DNA of 64,000 nucleotides from Pristiophorus japonicus (taxonomy: Eukaryota), in NCBI RefSeq assembly GCF_044704955.1, contig NC_091986.1:90706001-90770000 (forward strand), written 5' to 3'. The position numbers were made by a program, and so were the translations under genes. Below, piece after piece: positions 52,164 through 63,985 of this stretch. Within the stretch, counting starts at the first letter, position 1. Each line of letters starts with the position of its first letter. The notes below the pieces were generated by a model. It did no database searches and was not told the DNA's origin. It saw only the letters and a list, made by a program, of their open reading frames with translations.

Positions 52164-53278
52164 GGCCGAGAAATCCCAGCCTCCCCGAGTCCATACTGAG
52201 TGTCTACAGACCCGGGAAGGCATCGCAAAAGCCGGTTTTCAGCGCGCAATGCGCATGTGCTGAAAACAGGCTTTTCCGACTTGTCAAGTTTCTGGCTCGA
52301 TCCAACGCATATCGGGAGTGAGGATACTTGCAGGGCAAGATTTCCGATATTTACGAATATCTTGCCCTGCAAATGTCCTTTAAAATCTTGCATCTGAAAA
52401 AGCAGGTGTATAGCCTACTTTTACAGGCGCAAGTGTTTAAAAATACATACAAACATTTTAAAATAAAGTTATAAAAACATATTTTATTGTTTAAAAACCC
52501 TCCCCACTTTAGTAAGTTTATTTTAAGGCTTAATTAAAAAAACTTTTTTAAAAAGTTGGGAAAATATATTTTTTTATAACAACTTTAATTTAAATGAATG
52601 TTAAATATGTAGTTTATTTTCTATTTTTTTATTGTGTTTTGGGTGTTTGGGTGGGGTGGGGTGGGGTTCTCATTCATAGTAATATGAGTTCCGAACTTAC
52701 TGAACACCTATTACTATGAATGAGAATCTACACTACACCTGATTGGCTGCTATCTCCAGATCCCGGCCTGCGCACGTCCGCCCCGTGCACGCACTGCGAC
52801 GCGCAGTCGCGAGTGACCTCGGGCTCGGAAGTTCCAATGGGCGCAGTAGCAACAGGTAAGTGCGCATCTTTTTTCTCTTTTTCTGTCGTTTGCTCATGGG
52901 AAGAGCTCGACCGGAATTTCAGGGCCATTAATAACTTTAATCTTAATTAATCTTAAATATGTAGTGTATTTTTTCTATTTTTTATTTAGTGTTTTGGTGT
53001 TTGGGGGCTGTTTCTCAATCATAATAATGGGAACTCCTACTTAAGGAGTTCCCATTATTATGAATGAGAAAATATTGGACATTGATTGCCTGCCCAGAGC
53101 CATGTGACTGCAGCCCCAACTTACGGACGTCCTGACGTGCACATGCTCTGACGTGCAGTGAGTGGAGGCCTCAGGACTGGGATCTCGCGTGGGCGCAGCA
53201 GGAACAGGTAAGTGCGCATCTTTTTTCCATTTTTCAGTCATTCGCCCGCGGGAAGACCTTGACCGGGATTTCTAGGCC
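52164..53278 (+). mobile_element. Harbinger MITE family A, composite (complete unit 52164-52926 plus a second 3' half 52927-53278)
   Basis: TIRs GGCCGAGAAATCCC / GGAATTTCAGGGCC / GGGATTTCTAGGCC; AAT duplication around the whole; host CR1 rejoins. Confidence 0.9.
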
Positions 53279-53523
53279 AATGTTGCCAAAAAGTGTAGTG
53301 AGCCTGAGGATTGGGAGGATTTTAGAAATCAGCAAACGAGGACCAAGAATTGAAAAGCAAAGAGAAAAAAAGAACAAGATACATAAAAACAGATTGTAAA
53401 CGTTTCTATAGGTATGTAAATAGGAAGAGATTAGTGAAAGTAAATGTGGGTCCATTAGAGGCAGAGACAGGAAAAATTATAATGGTCAACAAGGAAATGG
53501 CAGAGGCATTAAACAAACACTTT

Positions 53524-55200
53524 GGGCTGGAAATTCAACAGGTTTCTGCCCATTTACTGCCATTTTTGGGTGAATAAAGTAATTTACCGCCGTTTTATCG
53601 CGGTTTATGGGCTGTAAACGCGATGCACTAAATGTATCGACGCAGCGGAAAATTTGCCAGTGGTTATCCGCCAATGGTTAAAAAAAAATATGGCTGACCC
53701 TTTTTTTTAACCATTTTTATGATAATCTTTGTGCATGGACTTCCAATAGAGTGGAGATAATAACTTTAAAATGGCCTTCAAACTCAAAGTATTGTGCAGA
53801 AGGATAATCAAAGTATTACGTGCTATGTTGGATAATAGCAGTAATTGGTCAGATTGCAGACCTTCAAATGGGTCATCTAGTCTGGTTAATGCATTCCATG
53901 GTGTAAGCTGGATATCACCATTTTTACCGCTGGCCAAAAAACCCGCAGCGAAAAATCAAGTCTTGCCTGCTCGGACCCATGACGCACCCAGCGCTAATGA
54001 CGCCATTTTGAAAAACGGAGCGGAAGTTCAGTGCATAAAAGGATTTTGAGAGAAGACTGCATTTTACACAGGAGCTTTATGTGAGTTCATAGTTCGTTTT
54101 TAAGGCTTTTTGAGCACATTGGAGGACATTTGAGGATATTTAAAAGAATGGGGCCTATAATATCTGCTAATAATGCTTGCTACTTTTTCTATGTATCATC
54201 AGAATAGAGCTAGAAGAAGGTTTATTCAAGAGCATTATGGGCGTAATCAAAGAGCTTGCAGACTTATGGGGAGGAGGCCTTACTCCCCTCGAGTTTTCAG
54301 GGGACAACGCTCATACCTGCACCTGTCTAAGGCACAGTGCATTAGAAGCCTGCTCTTTCAAAAAGAGGTCGTCACAGAGATATGCCAGCTCATAAAGGCA
54401 GACCTACAGCCTACAAGCAGGAGGAGGGCAGCTCTGCCCGTCGAGGTGAAGGTGACTGCGACACTTGCCTTCTATGCCTCCGGCTCCTTTCAGACATCAA
54501 CAGGGGACATATGCTTCATCTCATAATACGCTACACATCGCTGCATTTGCCAGGTGACTACTGCACTGTACGCACGCTGGATGGACTTTATAATCTTCTC
54601 AACAGGGAGGCACAGAATGACTGGGTTTTGCACGAATTGCTGGCTTCCCCAAGGTTCAGGGTACCATTGACTGTACACACATCGCCCTGCGAGCACCTTT
54701 TAGAGAATCCAGAAGTTTACTGAAACTGAAAGGGATTCCACTCCGTGAACGTACAGATCGTCTGCAACCATACGCAGCGCATCATGGCAGTAAATGCGCA
54801 GTTTCCAGGGAGCATCCATGATGCTTTCATCTTGCATGAGAGCAGTGTCTCTGACCTGTTTGAGCGTCAGCCACAAGGCCGCAGCTGGATACTGCGGGAC
54901 AAAGGTTACGGCCTCACCACCTGCCCTCATGACTCTCCTTCGGACCCTCAGACAGAAGCTGAGCATCGCTACAATAACAGCCACGCGCAATATCATCGAA
55001 AAGACAATTGGAGTACTCAAGCGGCGCTTCCAATGCCTGGACCACTCTAGAGGCAGCCTGCAATACTCCCCTGAGCAGGTCACTAAGTTCACTGTGGTGC
55101 GCTGCATGCTATACAACGTAGCCATCATGAGGGGGCAGGAATTGCCACTGGGGACTGCAGGACCACCTGAGGAAGAGGAGGATGAGGAGACTGGTGATGA
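53524..55200 (+). mobile_element. Second Harbinger element, left end plus transposase pseudogene (about 54148-55200), right end lost
   Basis: Starts GGGCTGGAAATT; VKVTATLAFYASGSFQ; GTIDCTH; GSIHD; DKGY; IEKTIGVLKRRF; acidic tail; frameshifts. Confidence 0.9.
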
Positions 55201-55340
55201 TTATAGGCAGTCCCTCAGAATCGAGGAAGACTTGCTTCCACTCTTAAAATGAGTTCTTAGGTGGCTGAACAGTCCAATACGAGAACCATACTCCCTGGGA
55301 CAGATAGTCGTTGAGGAAAAGGGTGGGTGGGACAGGTTTA
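55201..55340 (-). mobile_element. RTE 3' terminal fragment
   Basis: Reverse complement of 3455-3582. Confidence 0.85.
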
Positions 55341-58118
55341 CATAGAAAATAGGTGCAGGAGTAGGCTATTCGGCCCTTCGAGCCTGCACCACCATTCAAT
55401 ATGATCATGGTTGATCACGCAACTTTAGTACCCCATTCCTGCTTTCTCTCCATACCCCTTGATCCCTTTAGCCCTAAGGGTCACATCTAACTTCCTTTTG
55501 AATATATCTAATGAACTGGCCTCAACAATTTTCTGTGGTAGAGAATTCCACAGGTTCACAATTCCTGAGTGAAGAAGTTTCTCCTCATCTCGGTCCTAAA
55601 TGGCTTATCCCTTATCCTTAGACTGTGACCCCTGGTTCTGAACTTCCCCAACATCGGGAACATTCATCCTGCATCTAACCTGTCCAATCCCGTCAGAATT
55701 TTATATGTTTCTATGAGATCTCCTCTCATTCTTCTAAATTCCAGTGAATATAAGCCTAGTCGATCCAGTCTTTCTTCATATGTCAGTCCTGCCATCCCGG
55801 GAATCAGTCTGATGAACCTTCGCTGCACTCCCTCAATAGCAAGAACGTCCCTCCTCAGATTAGGAGACCAAAACTGAACACAATGGGCCCAAGTTTCCAC
55901 AGGATAAAAAACGGGCGCCCCTCTGAGCTGGGCGCCCGTTTTTTGCGCCTAAAACGGCGGCAGAAAAAAAACACGCTATTCTCGAGCGCTTTGCAGCTCC
56001 TTGTCTGTTTGGCGCGGCGCCCAGGGGGACGGAGCCTACACTCGCGCCGATTTTGTAAGTGGGAGGTGGCGGGTACTATTTAAATTAGTTTTTTTCCTGC
56101 CGGCAATGCTGCGCGTGCGCGTTGGAGCGTTCGCGCATGCTCAGTGTGGAAAAAAAACATTGGCACTCGGCCATTTTTGTTGTTCTTTGTAGCTGTTTAA
56201 TTTTTGAACATTTTTTAATAAAATCACATTGCCATCAGCACATCAGCACTGAGGCTACCCTTCTCACTGTCTCCTTCCCCTCCCTCCCCTCCGCGGCAAC
56301 AAACGGCTGTCTCCTTCCCCTCCCTCCCCTCCACAGCAACAACCCGCTGTCTCTTTCCCCTCCTTCCCCTCCACAACAACAACCCGCTGTCTCCTTCCTC
56401 TCCCTCCCCTCCGCGGCAACAAACCGCTTTCTCCGCCCCCCCCCCCCCCCTCCCGCTCAGTGGCAACGAACGGCTGCAGAATTCTCCCTGGCTGAAGCAC
56501 TTTCACACAGGTAGGAAGATGGTTTATTTAATCTTTTCTTTGCTTATAAATGTTTATTCAGGTTGGATTTATTTGTATAATATTTGTAGAAGTATAAATA
56601 AGGATTTATTGTAGAATTTAATGAGTTCCCTTCCCCACCTCGTTCTGGACGCCTAATTTGTAACCTGCGCCTGATTTTTTAATGTGTAGAACAGGTTTTT
56701 TCAGTTCTACAAAAATCTTCACTTGCTCCATTCTACTTTAGTTTGGAGTACGTTTTCACTGTGGAAACTTTCAAATCAGGCGTCAGTGGCCGGACACGCC
56801 CCCTTTTGAAGAAAAAATTCTGTTCCAAAGTAGAACTGTTCTACCTGACTAGAACTGCAGAAAAAAAAATGTGGAGAATTGCGATTTCTAAGATAGTCCG
56901 TTCTCCACCAGTTGCTCCTAAAAATCAGGCGCAAATCATGTGGAAACTTGGGCCCATAATTCCAGGTGAGGTCTCACTAAGGCCCTGTATAACTGCAGTA
57001 AGACCTCCCTGCTCCTATACTCAAATCCTCTCACTATGAAGACCAACATGCCATTTGCCTTCTTCACCGCCTGCTGTACCTGCATGCCAACTTTCAGTGA
57101 TTGATATACCATAACACCCAGGTCTCGTTGCACCTCCCCTTTTCCTAATCTGTCACCATTCAGATAATATTCTGCCTTCGTGTTTTTGCCACCAAAGTGG
57201 ATAACTTCACATGTATCTACATTATACTGCATCTGCCATGCATTTGCCCACTCACCTAACCTGTCCAAGTCACCCTGCAGCCTCTTAGCATCTTCCTCAC
57301 AGCTCACACTGCCACCCAGCTTGATGTCATCTGCAAACTTGGAGATATTGCATTCAATTCCTTTGTCGAAATCATTAATGTATATTGTAAATAGCTGGGG
57401 TCCCAGCACTGAACTTTGCGGGACCCCACTAGTCACTGCCTGCCATTCTGAAAAGGACCAGTTTATTCCTACTCTTTGCTTCCTGTCTGGCAACCAGTTC
57501 TCTATCCACGTCAATACATTACCCCCAATACCATGTGCTTTAATTTTGCACACTAATCTCTTGTGTGGGACCTTGTCAATAGCCTTTTGAAACTCCAAAT
57601 ACACCACATCCACTGGTTCTCCCTTGTCCACTCTACTAGTTACATCCTCAAAAAATTCTAGAAGATTTGTCAAACATGACTTCCCTTTCATAAATCTATG
57701 CTGACTTGGACCGATCCTGTCACTGCTTTCCAAATGCGCTGCTATTACATCTTTAATAATTGATTCCAACATTTTCCCCACTACCGATGTCAGGCCAACC
57801 GGTTTATAATTCCGTTTTCTCTCTTTCCCCCCCCCCCCTCCTTTTTTAAAAAGTGGGGTTAAATTAGCTACCCTCCAATCCATAGGAACTGATCCCGAGT
57901 CTATAGAATGTTGGAAAATGACCACCAATGCATCCACTATTTCTAGGGCCATTTCCTTAAGTACTCTGGGATGCAGACTATCAGGCTCCGGGGATTTATC
58001 GGCCTTCAATCCCATCAATTTCCCTAACATAATTTCCTGACTAATAAGGATTTCCTTCAGTTCCTCCTCCTCGCTAGACCCTCGGTCCCCTAGTATTTCC
58101 AGAGGTTATTTGTGTCTT
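55341..58118 (-). mobile_element. CR1 LINE (RT), interrupted by MITE B
   Basis: ORFs 56936..58030 and 55664..55900 rejoin as RPHLE|YCVQFW; tail at 55341. Confidence 0.95.
55885..56955. mobile_element. Harbinger MITE family B (1071 bp)
   Basis: Perfect TIR GGGCCCAAGTTTCCACA; internal 39-bp tandem repeat at about 56265-56430. Confidence 0.9.
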
Positions 58119-59449
58119 GGGGTGGGGGGTGGTGGGGGGGGAAGAGAAAAAAATGGGAAACTTTCAGCCAGTTCGTCTGACATTAGTAGTAGGCAAAATG
58201 CTAGAATCTATTATTAGGGATGTGGTAACAGGGTACTTAGAAAATCGCAGTATGATTAGGCAGAGTCAACATGGTTTTATGAAAGGGAAATAGTTTTTGA
58301 GTTTTTTAAAGATGTAACTAGTAGGATAGATAAGGGGGAACTAGTGGATGTCGTATATTTATATTTTCAAAAAGCATTTGATAAGGTGCCACACAACAGG
58401 TTATTACAAAATTAGGACTCGTGGGATTGGAGGTAATATATTATCATGGACTGAGGATTGGTTAATGGACAGAAAACACAGAGTAGGAATAAACGGGACT
58501 TTTTAAGGTTGGCAGGCTGTAACTGGCGGGGTACCACAAGGATCAGTGCTTGGGCCTCAGCTATTTACAATCTATATTAATGACAGATGAAAGGACTGAA
58601 TGTAATATATCCAAGTTTGCTGATGATACAAAGTTAGTGGGGAAAGTAAGCTGTGAGGAGGACGCATAGAGGCTGCAGAGAGATATAGCCAAGTTGACTG
58701 GGCAGGAACATGGCAAATGGAATACAATGTGGGGAAGTGTGAAATTATCCACTTTGGTTGGAAAAGCAAAAAGCAGAATATTTTTTGAATGTTGAAAGAC
58801 TGGGAAATGTTTTCAGAGAGACTTGGGTGTCATTGTACATGAATCACAGAACGTTAACATGCATGTACAGCAAGTAATTAAGAAACCAAATGGTATGTTA
58901 GCTATTGTAACATGGGATTAGAGTATAATTGTAAAGAAAACTTACCACAATTATACAGGGCATTGGTGAGGCCACACCTGGAGTACTGTGTACACTTCTG
59001 GTCTCCTTACCTAAGGAAAAACATACCTGTCTTGGAGCGAGTGCAACTAGACTGGTTCCTGGGATTGCCCAGGACAGATTGAGTAGACTAGGCCTATATT
59101 TGGCTTGACAGGGTTAATGCTGAGAAAATGTTTCCCCTGGCTGAGGAATCCAGAACACGGGGTCACAGTCTCAGAATAAGGGGCAGGCCCTTTAGGACTG
59201 AGATGAGAAATTTCTTCACTCAAAGGGTTGTGAATCTTTGGAATTCTCTACCCCAGAGCGCTGTGGATGCTCAGTCGTTGAGTATATTCAAGTCAGAGGT
59301 CGATAAATATTTGGGATCTAAGGGAATTAAGAGATATGGAGATAGTGTGGGAAGGTAGAATTGAGGAAGATCAGCCATGATCTTGTTGAATGGTGGAGCA
59401 GGCTCAAAGGGCCCACTCCAGCTCCTATTTCTTATGTTATTATGTAATA

Positions 59450-59990
59450 CTACCCTCGTTTGTGTAATCTTTCCTTGTAATTTAACCTTTGGTGTCTAGG
59501 TATCATTCTGGTAAATCTATGCTGCGCTCCCTCCAGGCCAATATATCCTTCCTAAGGTGTGGTGTCCAGAATTGCTCACAGTACTCCAGGTGTGGTCTAA
59601 CCATGGCTTTGTATAGCTGTAGCATAACTTCTACCCCCTCGTATTCTAGTCCTCTAGATATAAAGGCCAGCATTCCATTAGCCATTTTGATTATTTTCTG
59701 CACTTGTCCACGACATTCTAATGATCTATGTACATGGACCCCAAGTTTTTTTGAACCTCCACAGCTTCTCGCTTTTCACCATTTAGAAAGTACTCTGTAC
59801 TCTCCTTTTTAGGTGCAAAGTCGATGACCTCACATTTGCCTTCATTGAAATCCATTTGCCACAGTTTTGCCCATTCGCTTTAGCTGTTGATATCTCTTTG
59901 TAATTTTATGTTTCCATCTACACTATCTTTGTGTCATCGTCAAACTTGGATATGTGGCTTTCTATTCCACTATCTAAGTCATTAATAAAT
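59450..59990 (-). mobile_element. Old CR1 RT fragment
   Basis: ORF 59503..59703 [13 protein letters not shown]. Confidence 0.85.
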
Positions 59991-60339
59991 ATGCGACTAA
60001 ACAGTATTATACTTTCAGAAGAGACTAGGAGGGATTAAAAGTCTTACTGGATTTAAAAATAGAGACATTATTCGTGTTAGCCAATGACAAATAGATGAGA
60101 ACATGCATTGCTATTTTACTTCTCAAACTAAAATGGTTCTACAATTATTGGTTTAACTTATGCATCTCCTGAGGGAGGATAATAACTAAAGTAAATGTCC
60201 AAGATGGTTTGTGAAATTTCTCCCTGACCTCAAAGGTAATCAAGTAAACCTACAGGATATTTATTGAGCTTTGAAAACATGTTGTTCAGCTATGCTAGTT
60301 GCTTTCAACCTTTCATCACTGAGAAAAAAAATACACCTC

Positions 60340-60512
60340 ATCTGTTCATTATCACATTGCTGTTTGTTGGATCTTGGTGTGTGTAAATTTGCTGCTGGGT
60401 TTCCTATATTATAACAGTGACTACACGTCAAAAGTACTTCATTGGCTGTAAAACGCTTTGGGACATCCTGAGGTTATGAAGGTTGGTATATAAATGCAAG
60501 TCTTTTTCTTTC
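60340..60512 (+). mobile_element. SacSINE1/DeuSINE-like 3' tail
   Basis: CATTATCACATTGCTGTTTG...AAAAGTACTTCATTGGCTGTAAAACGCTTTGGGAC...TATATAAATGCAAGTC, matching the recalled consensus; a weaker copy lies at about 29190-29320. Confidence 0.65.
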
Positions 60513-60833
60513 TAAAGGAATTGTATACCCAAATTCTCCTAAAAAGACTGGAACCATTGCATAGCTAATTCTCTGTATAATTGTCTCTATAGGACATCCA
60601 ATTCAAATAAATCCAGTTATTTAATTGAATGTTTTAAGCTATGCTTTATCATTAACTTGTGTTGATTTTGTGATTGGAAATCTGAAAGTATTTCAATTGC
60701 TGTGCTGAGATAATCTGAAGTGTGGTTGGTTTCTTACAAAAAGGATATAGATTTTCTTTGCAGTTATTGCAAATGATCAGAGTTGTAATAATTATGTATC
60801 CACTAAAACAATGACTATTATTTCTAACTTTAG

Positions 60834-60930
60834 GTGGGCAGACATAGTGACAGACCTCAACACTCAGAATCCTGAATACCTTGATATTCGAAATCCTGAA
60901 AAGGGGATACAATACAGAAAAACCAAAAAG
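60834..60930 (+). CDS. BIVM: BIVM coding exon: (K)[32 protein letters not shown]
   Basis: TTTAG acceptor, GTATCA donor, phase 2/0; BIVM peptide. Confidence 0.95.
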
Positions 60931-62343
60931 GTATCAAAGATATTAGATATCAGCACACAATTTTTTAGGAATGTATCTGTAGTGTGATGAATGATAACTT
61001 AATTAAATAATCTTAGTTTGTACTTGTGCTGTGAATTATAAGGTTATTAACGTGCATCTCTGTAAGAGATGGTTATGATATGTTTGATTTTGAGTTAACC
61101 TTTCACGTTTTGCTGTTCCTGGAAACTGTAAGGGCCAGTTTTAAAATCCCCCTCTATTCATAGTGAGTTTGTTTAAATTTTGCTCCAAGGTTATTTTCTA
61201 AGTTTTCCATTAACATGAAAATTAATATACTGTGGGTCAAATTTTAGGTTCAGTTTGTCCCAGAATTTCGGGAAAGAGCTGAGTCCTGCAGGCAGTGTCA
61301 GATTTAGGAGTAATAGATTATATGCAAAATAAAATTTACCAAATAGTTGCTGGAAAGCCATGAGCTGATCTTTGTGAAATAGGAAAGCATGACCTGGGAT
61401 AGTTTATGTCCGAGTGTGTGCGACTGGTACCTGTGGAACTTACTGTAGTAAAACTTGAATCTACTGTACAGATCTAGTATAGTTTGCAGTGATAGCTTTT
61501 TCCCTCTTCAACAACATATTGTTGAGGTTTCCTCTTTTGTCCATTGACACACCAGTTAAATCTCAGTCTCTCTTACTGATTTTGTGGCAAGGATATATAT
61601 GCACAAGGATGACCAGGGATAACTCCAATATACTGCTGGAATCCAGCTGTTTAGTTACAAATGAAGATATTTAGTAAAATTATATGCAAAGGTTATAACC
61701 AATGATCACGATAATTCAGATGGGGTAAACATTAAGCGAAGCCAGCTTTTAACAAACCAACACATTATTTCAACTTATCAAACATCTGGGTTAACATCTG
61801 TTTTTGAGTAATCCTTGACCCATTTACCAGTTCTTCCAAATGGAAGAGCATTTATAGAAATAAACAACTTTTGTGAGGTGGAGAAATAAAATGGAGTAAA
61901 AAATAGTTACACTTTAAACTTGAAACATTGTTGTGTGTAAGATTTATATTTGAGTACCAAACAATGGAACTTGGCCTCCACACTTTTTTCTCTAGCAGGA
62001 ATCTTGCTTGCCTAGCGTGAGTAGAAACATCAGTATGTCCCTGTTGGCATTTCCTTCCTTCCAAGATGGAACACAATTCCTTTTATGCAACATGAAGACG
62101 ACTAGTAAAACTCACTCCATCTAGGCAAGCAAATTTCAATAATTTACAACCTTGTATTTGGGAACTGAGCACTGCTACTACTTAAGCTGCTGGATCAGTT
62201 TGGTGTGAATGTTTTAACATTAGTCATAATTAGTGCATCACTGCAGGGTGAGCTATACATTTAGCTTAACTGTATTAAAAAGCAATTATAATGGATCATT
62301 CTAAACATTGCCTTAATTATGGTTTGATTTGGTCTCTAATTAG

Positions 62344-62649
62344 GTCGGTGGAAACTTGCATTGCATAATAGCTTTCCAAAAACTGAACTGGCAAAAATTA
62401 AGCACTTGGATGATGAACATTGGAAATTTCAGATGTGAAACACGTTCAAAGGTATCAGAATGCAAGGCCAGTAACTCTGCCATTGGTCTGGAAAAGGTTT
62501 TAAATGATCATCATGAGCCGTCAATGAATGACAAGAATAACAGTGATAGATTTCAGCAAGCATCTGAGTGGAAACAAATCTCAAGTCCATACGAATACAG
62601 AGATGGTGGATCTCCTGAAAGTGAGACTGATGAAGAAAGTATTGAATGA
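62344..62649 (+). CDS. BIVM: BIVM terminal coding exon: VGGNLHCIIAFQKLNWQ...ESETDEESIE*
   Basis: TAG acceptor, phase 0; VGGNLHCIIAFQ matches BIVM; stop TGA at 62647-62649. Confidence 0.93.
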   Translation, partial: VGGNLHCIIAFQKLNWQKLSTWMMNIGNFRCETRSKVSECKASNSAIGLEKVLNDHHEPSMNDKNNSDRFQQASEWKQISSPYEYRDGGSPESETDEESIE

Positions 62650-63086
62650 ATTTAACAGTGTACAGTAGAATGTACTTTTGGTATGGACAGTTAAGACATA
62701 AAATGACGTGGGCATGTTTTAGATTCAGTACTTAAGTAGGCATTACAAGTGTAAAGTGTGGTCAGCAGAAATTTTGAGAAAAATTACGTCGGTCTCAGCA
62801 GTGAAGCATATAAATTGTTTTTCCAATGATGATGTTATAGGTGTTACAAAACGTAAAGTTGAAAACCTATGTTATAATATAATATGTAATACATAGGCCA
62901 GTCTGTTGTGTACAGTACTGTTGCATAAGTGTAGGGATTAAAATCAAAGAAGCACACTGAGGAATTGTTAAAGACAAATTCAGTTTTATTTCCATTTTTC
63001 AGTAGATTTTTTAAAGTAAGAAGTTCCAGGAACCAATGTAACGAAAAATAGAATAATCTCTTTTTAAGAGATTACATTTTAAAATT

Positions 63087-63092
63087 AATAAA
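63087..63092 (+). terminator. Candidate BIVM polyadenylation signal AATAAA
   Basis: First canonical hexamer seen after the stop codon, in AT-rich UTR-like sequence. Confidence 0.45.
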
Positions 63093-63914
63093 GTGCTCTT
63101 CTAATTTATTCATGCTGTGGATTGATACACACATTAAATATAATTGGTCACACAGAGGAAACACTGGTGTGGAGAATATTTTGAGTACAGTTCAATGCAC
63201 AGTGGGGAAAACTGCCTTATAGATTGGCTATTTAACTGGTGTGAAGTTAAAGGAAAGCATTCGTTTTTCAGCAATGTTATTGTCCCTTTACTTGAGTAAA
63301 GTTCAGCAGGAACAGATTTACAGTAAAATAACATCTGATTAGAACATGCAAGTTAAAACACCTCTCATGTGGTTTTCACCCTTTTAAATGGAAGCTCTCT
63401 CCATGTACTGCAACATACTCTATACATTTTATGGTCAGAATAGTATAGTATCCCTGTGACTGTCCCTTCCTCGAGGCAGAATAATTGCAATAATGCAGCT
63501 CTTTATTTCAACCATCCATACACACTAATCTCTGTTCAATCAAGACAAAACATCTAGTCAGAACAGACTTACTATATTACAACCCAGCTGGAGATTTCTA
63601 AATGATAATGCAAAGGTCGCTCCAAAAAGAAGCCCTACTGTTTATGTCTAGCATGATCCTTGTAAGATTAGCTCGAGATGGAACAGTAGCATCTGGCAAA
63701 AGATTATTATTCCACATCTGACGTTTTCTGCCAAGGTGGTAGTCATTTTACTAAGTTTTTGAAATCGCACATTTAAGAGTATGTGTCCATGGGTCAAGAA
63801 GGCCAGGATCTTCCACGTATGTTCCTCAGCCCACAATTTCTCCCATTCATTTTTTGAATTGACAGATTGTGGTGTGGGGTGGGTAGGGCAAGACAACAGA
63901 ATTCCCTTCGCAAT

Positions 63915-63985
63915 GCCAGTCTCTCAGTATTGCACTGCAATGTGAGCCTAGATTATGTGCTCATGGTCTGGAGTGGGTTGAGTAG
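63915..63985 (-). mobile_element. SacSINE1-like head fragment
   Basis: Minus strand CCCACTCCAGACCATGAGCACATAATCTAGGCTCACA...GTGCAATACTGAGAGA. Confidence 0.55.

Larger units (their letters stand above)
50860..59445 (+). mobile_element. Fragmented CR1 (ORF1 esterase end and EN at 50860-53523; RT and tail at 58140-59445) hosting several insertions
   Basis: WDGLRLN (SGNH block); MGDFNLHIDW; EALNKHF break at 53523; resumes GGREKMGNFQPV near 58140; tail near 59430. Joining the two parts is an inference. Confidence 0.7.
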
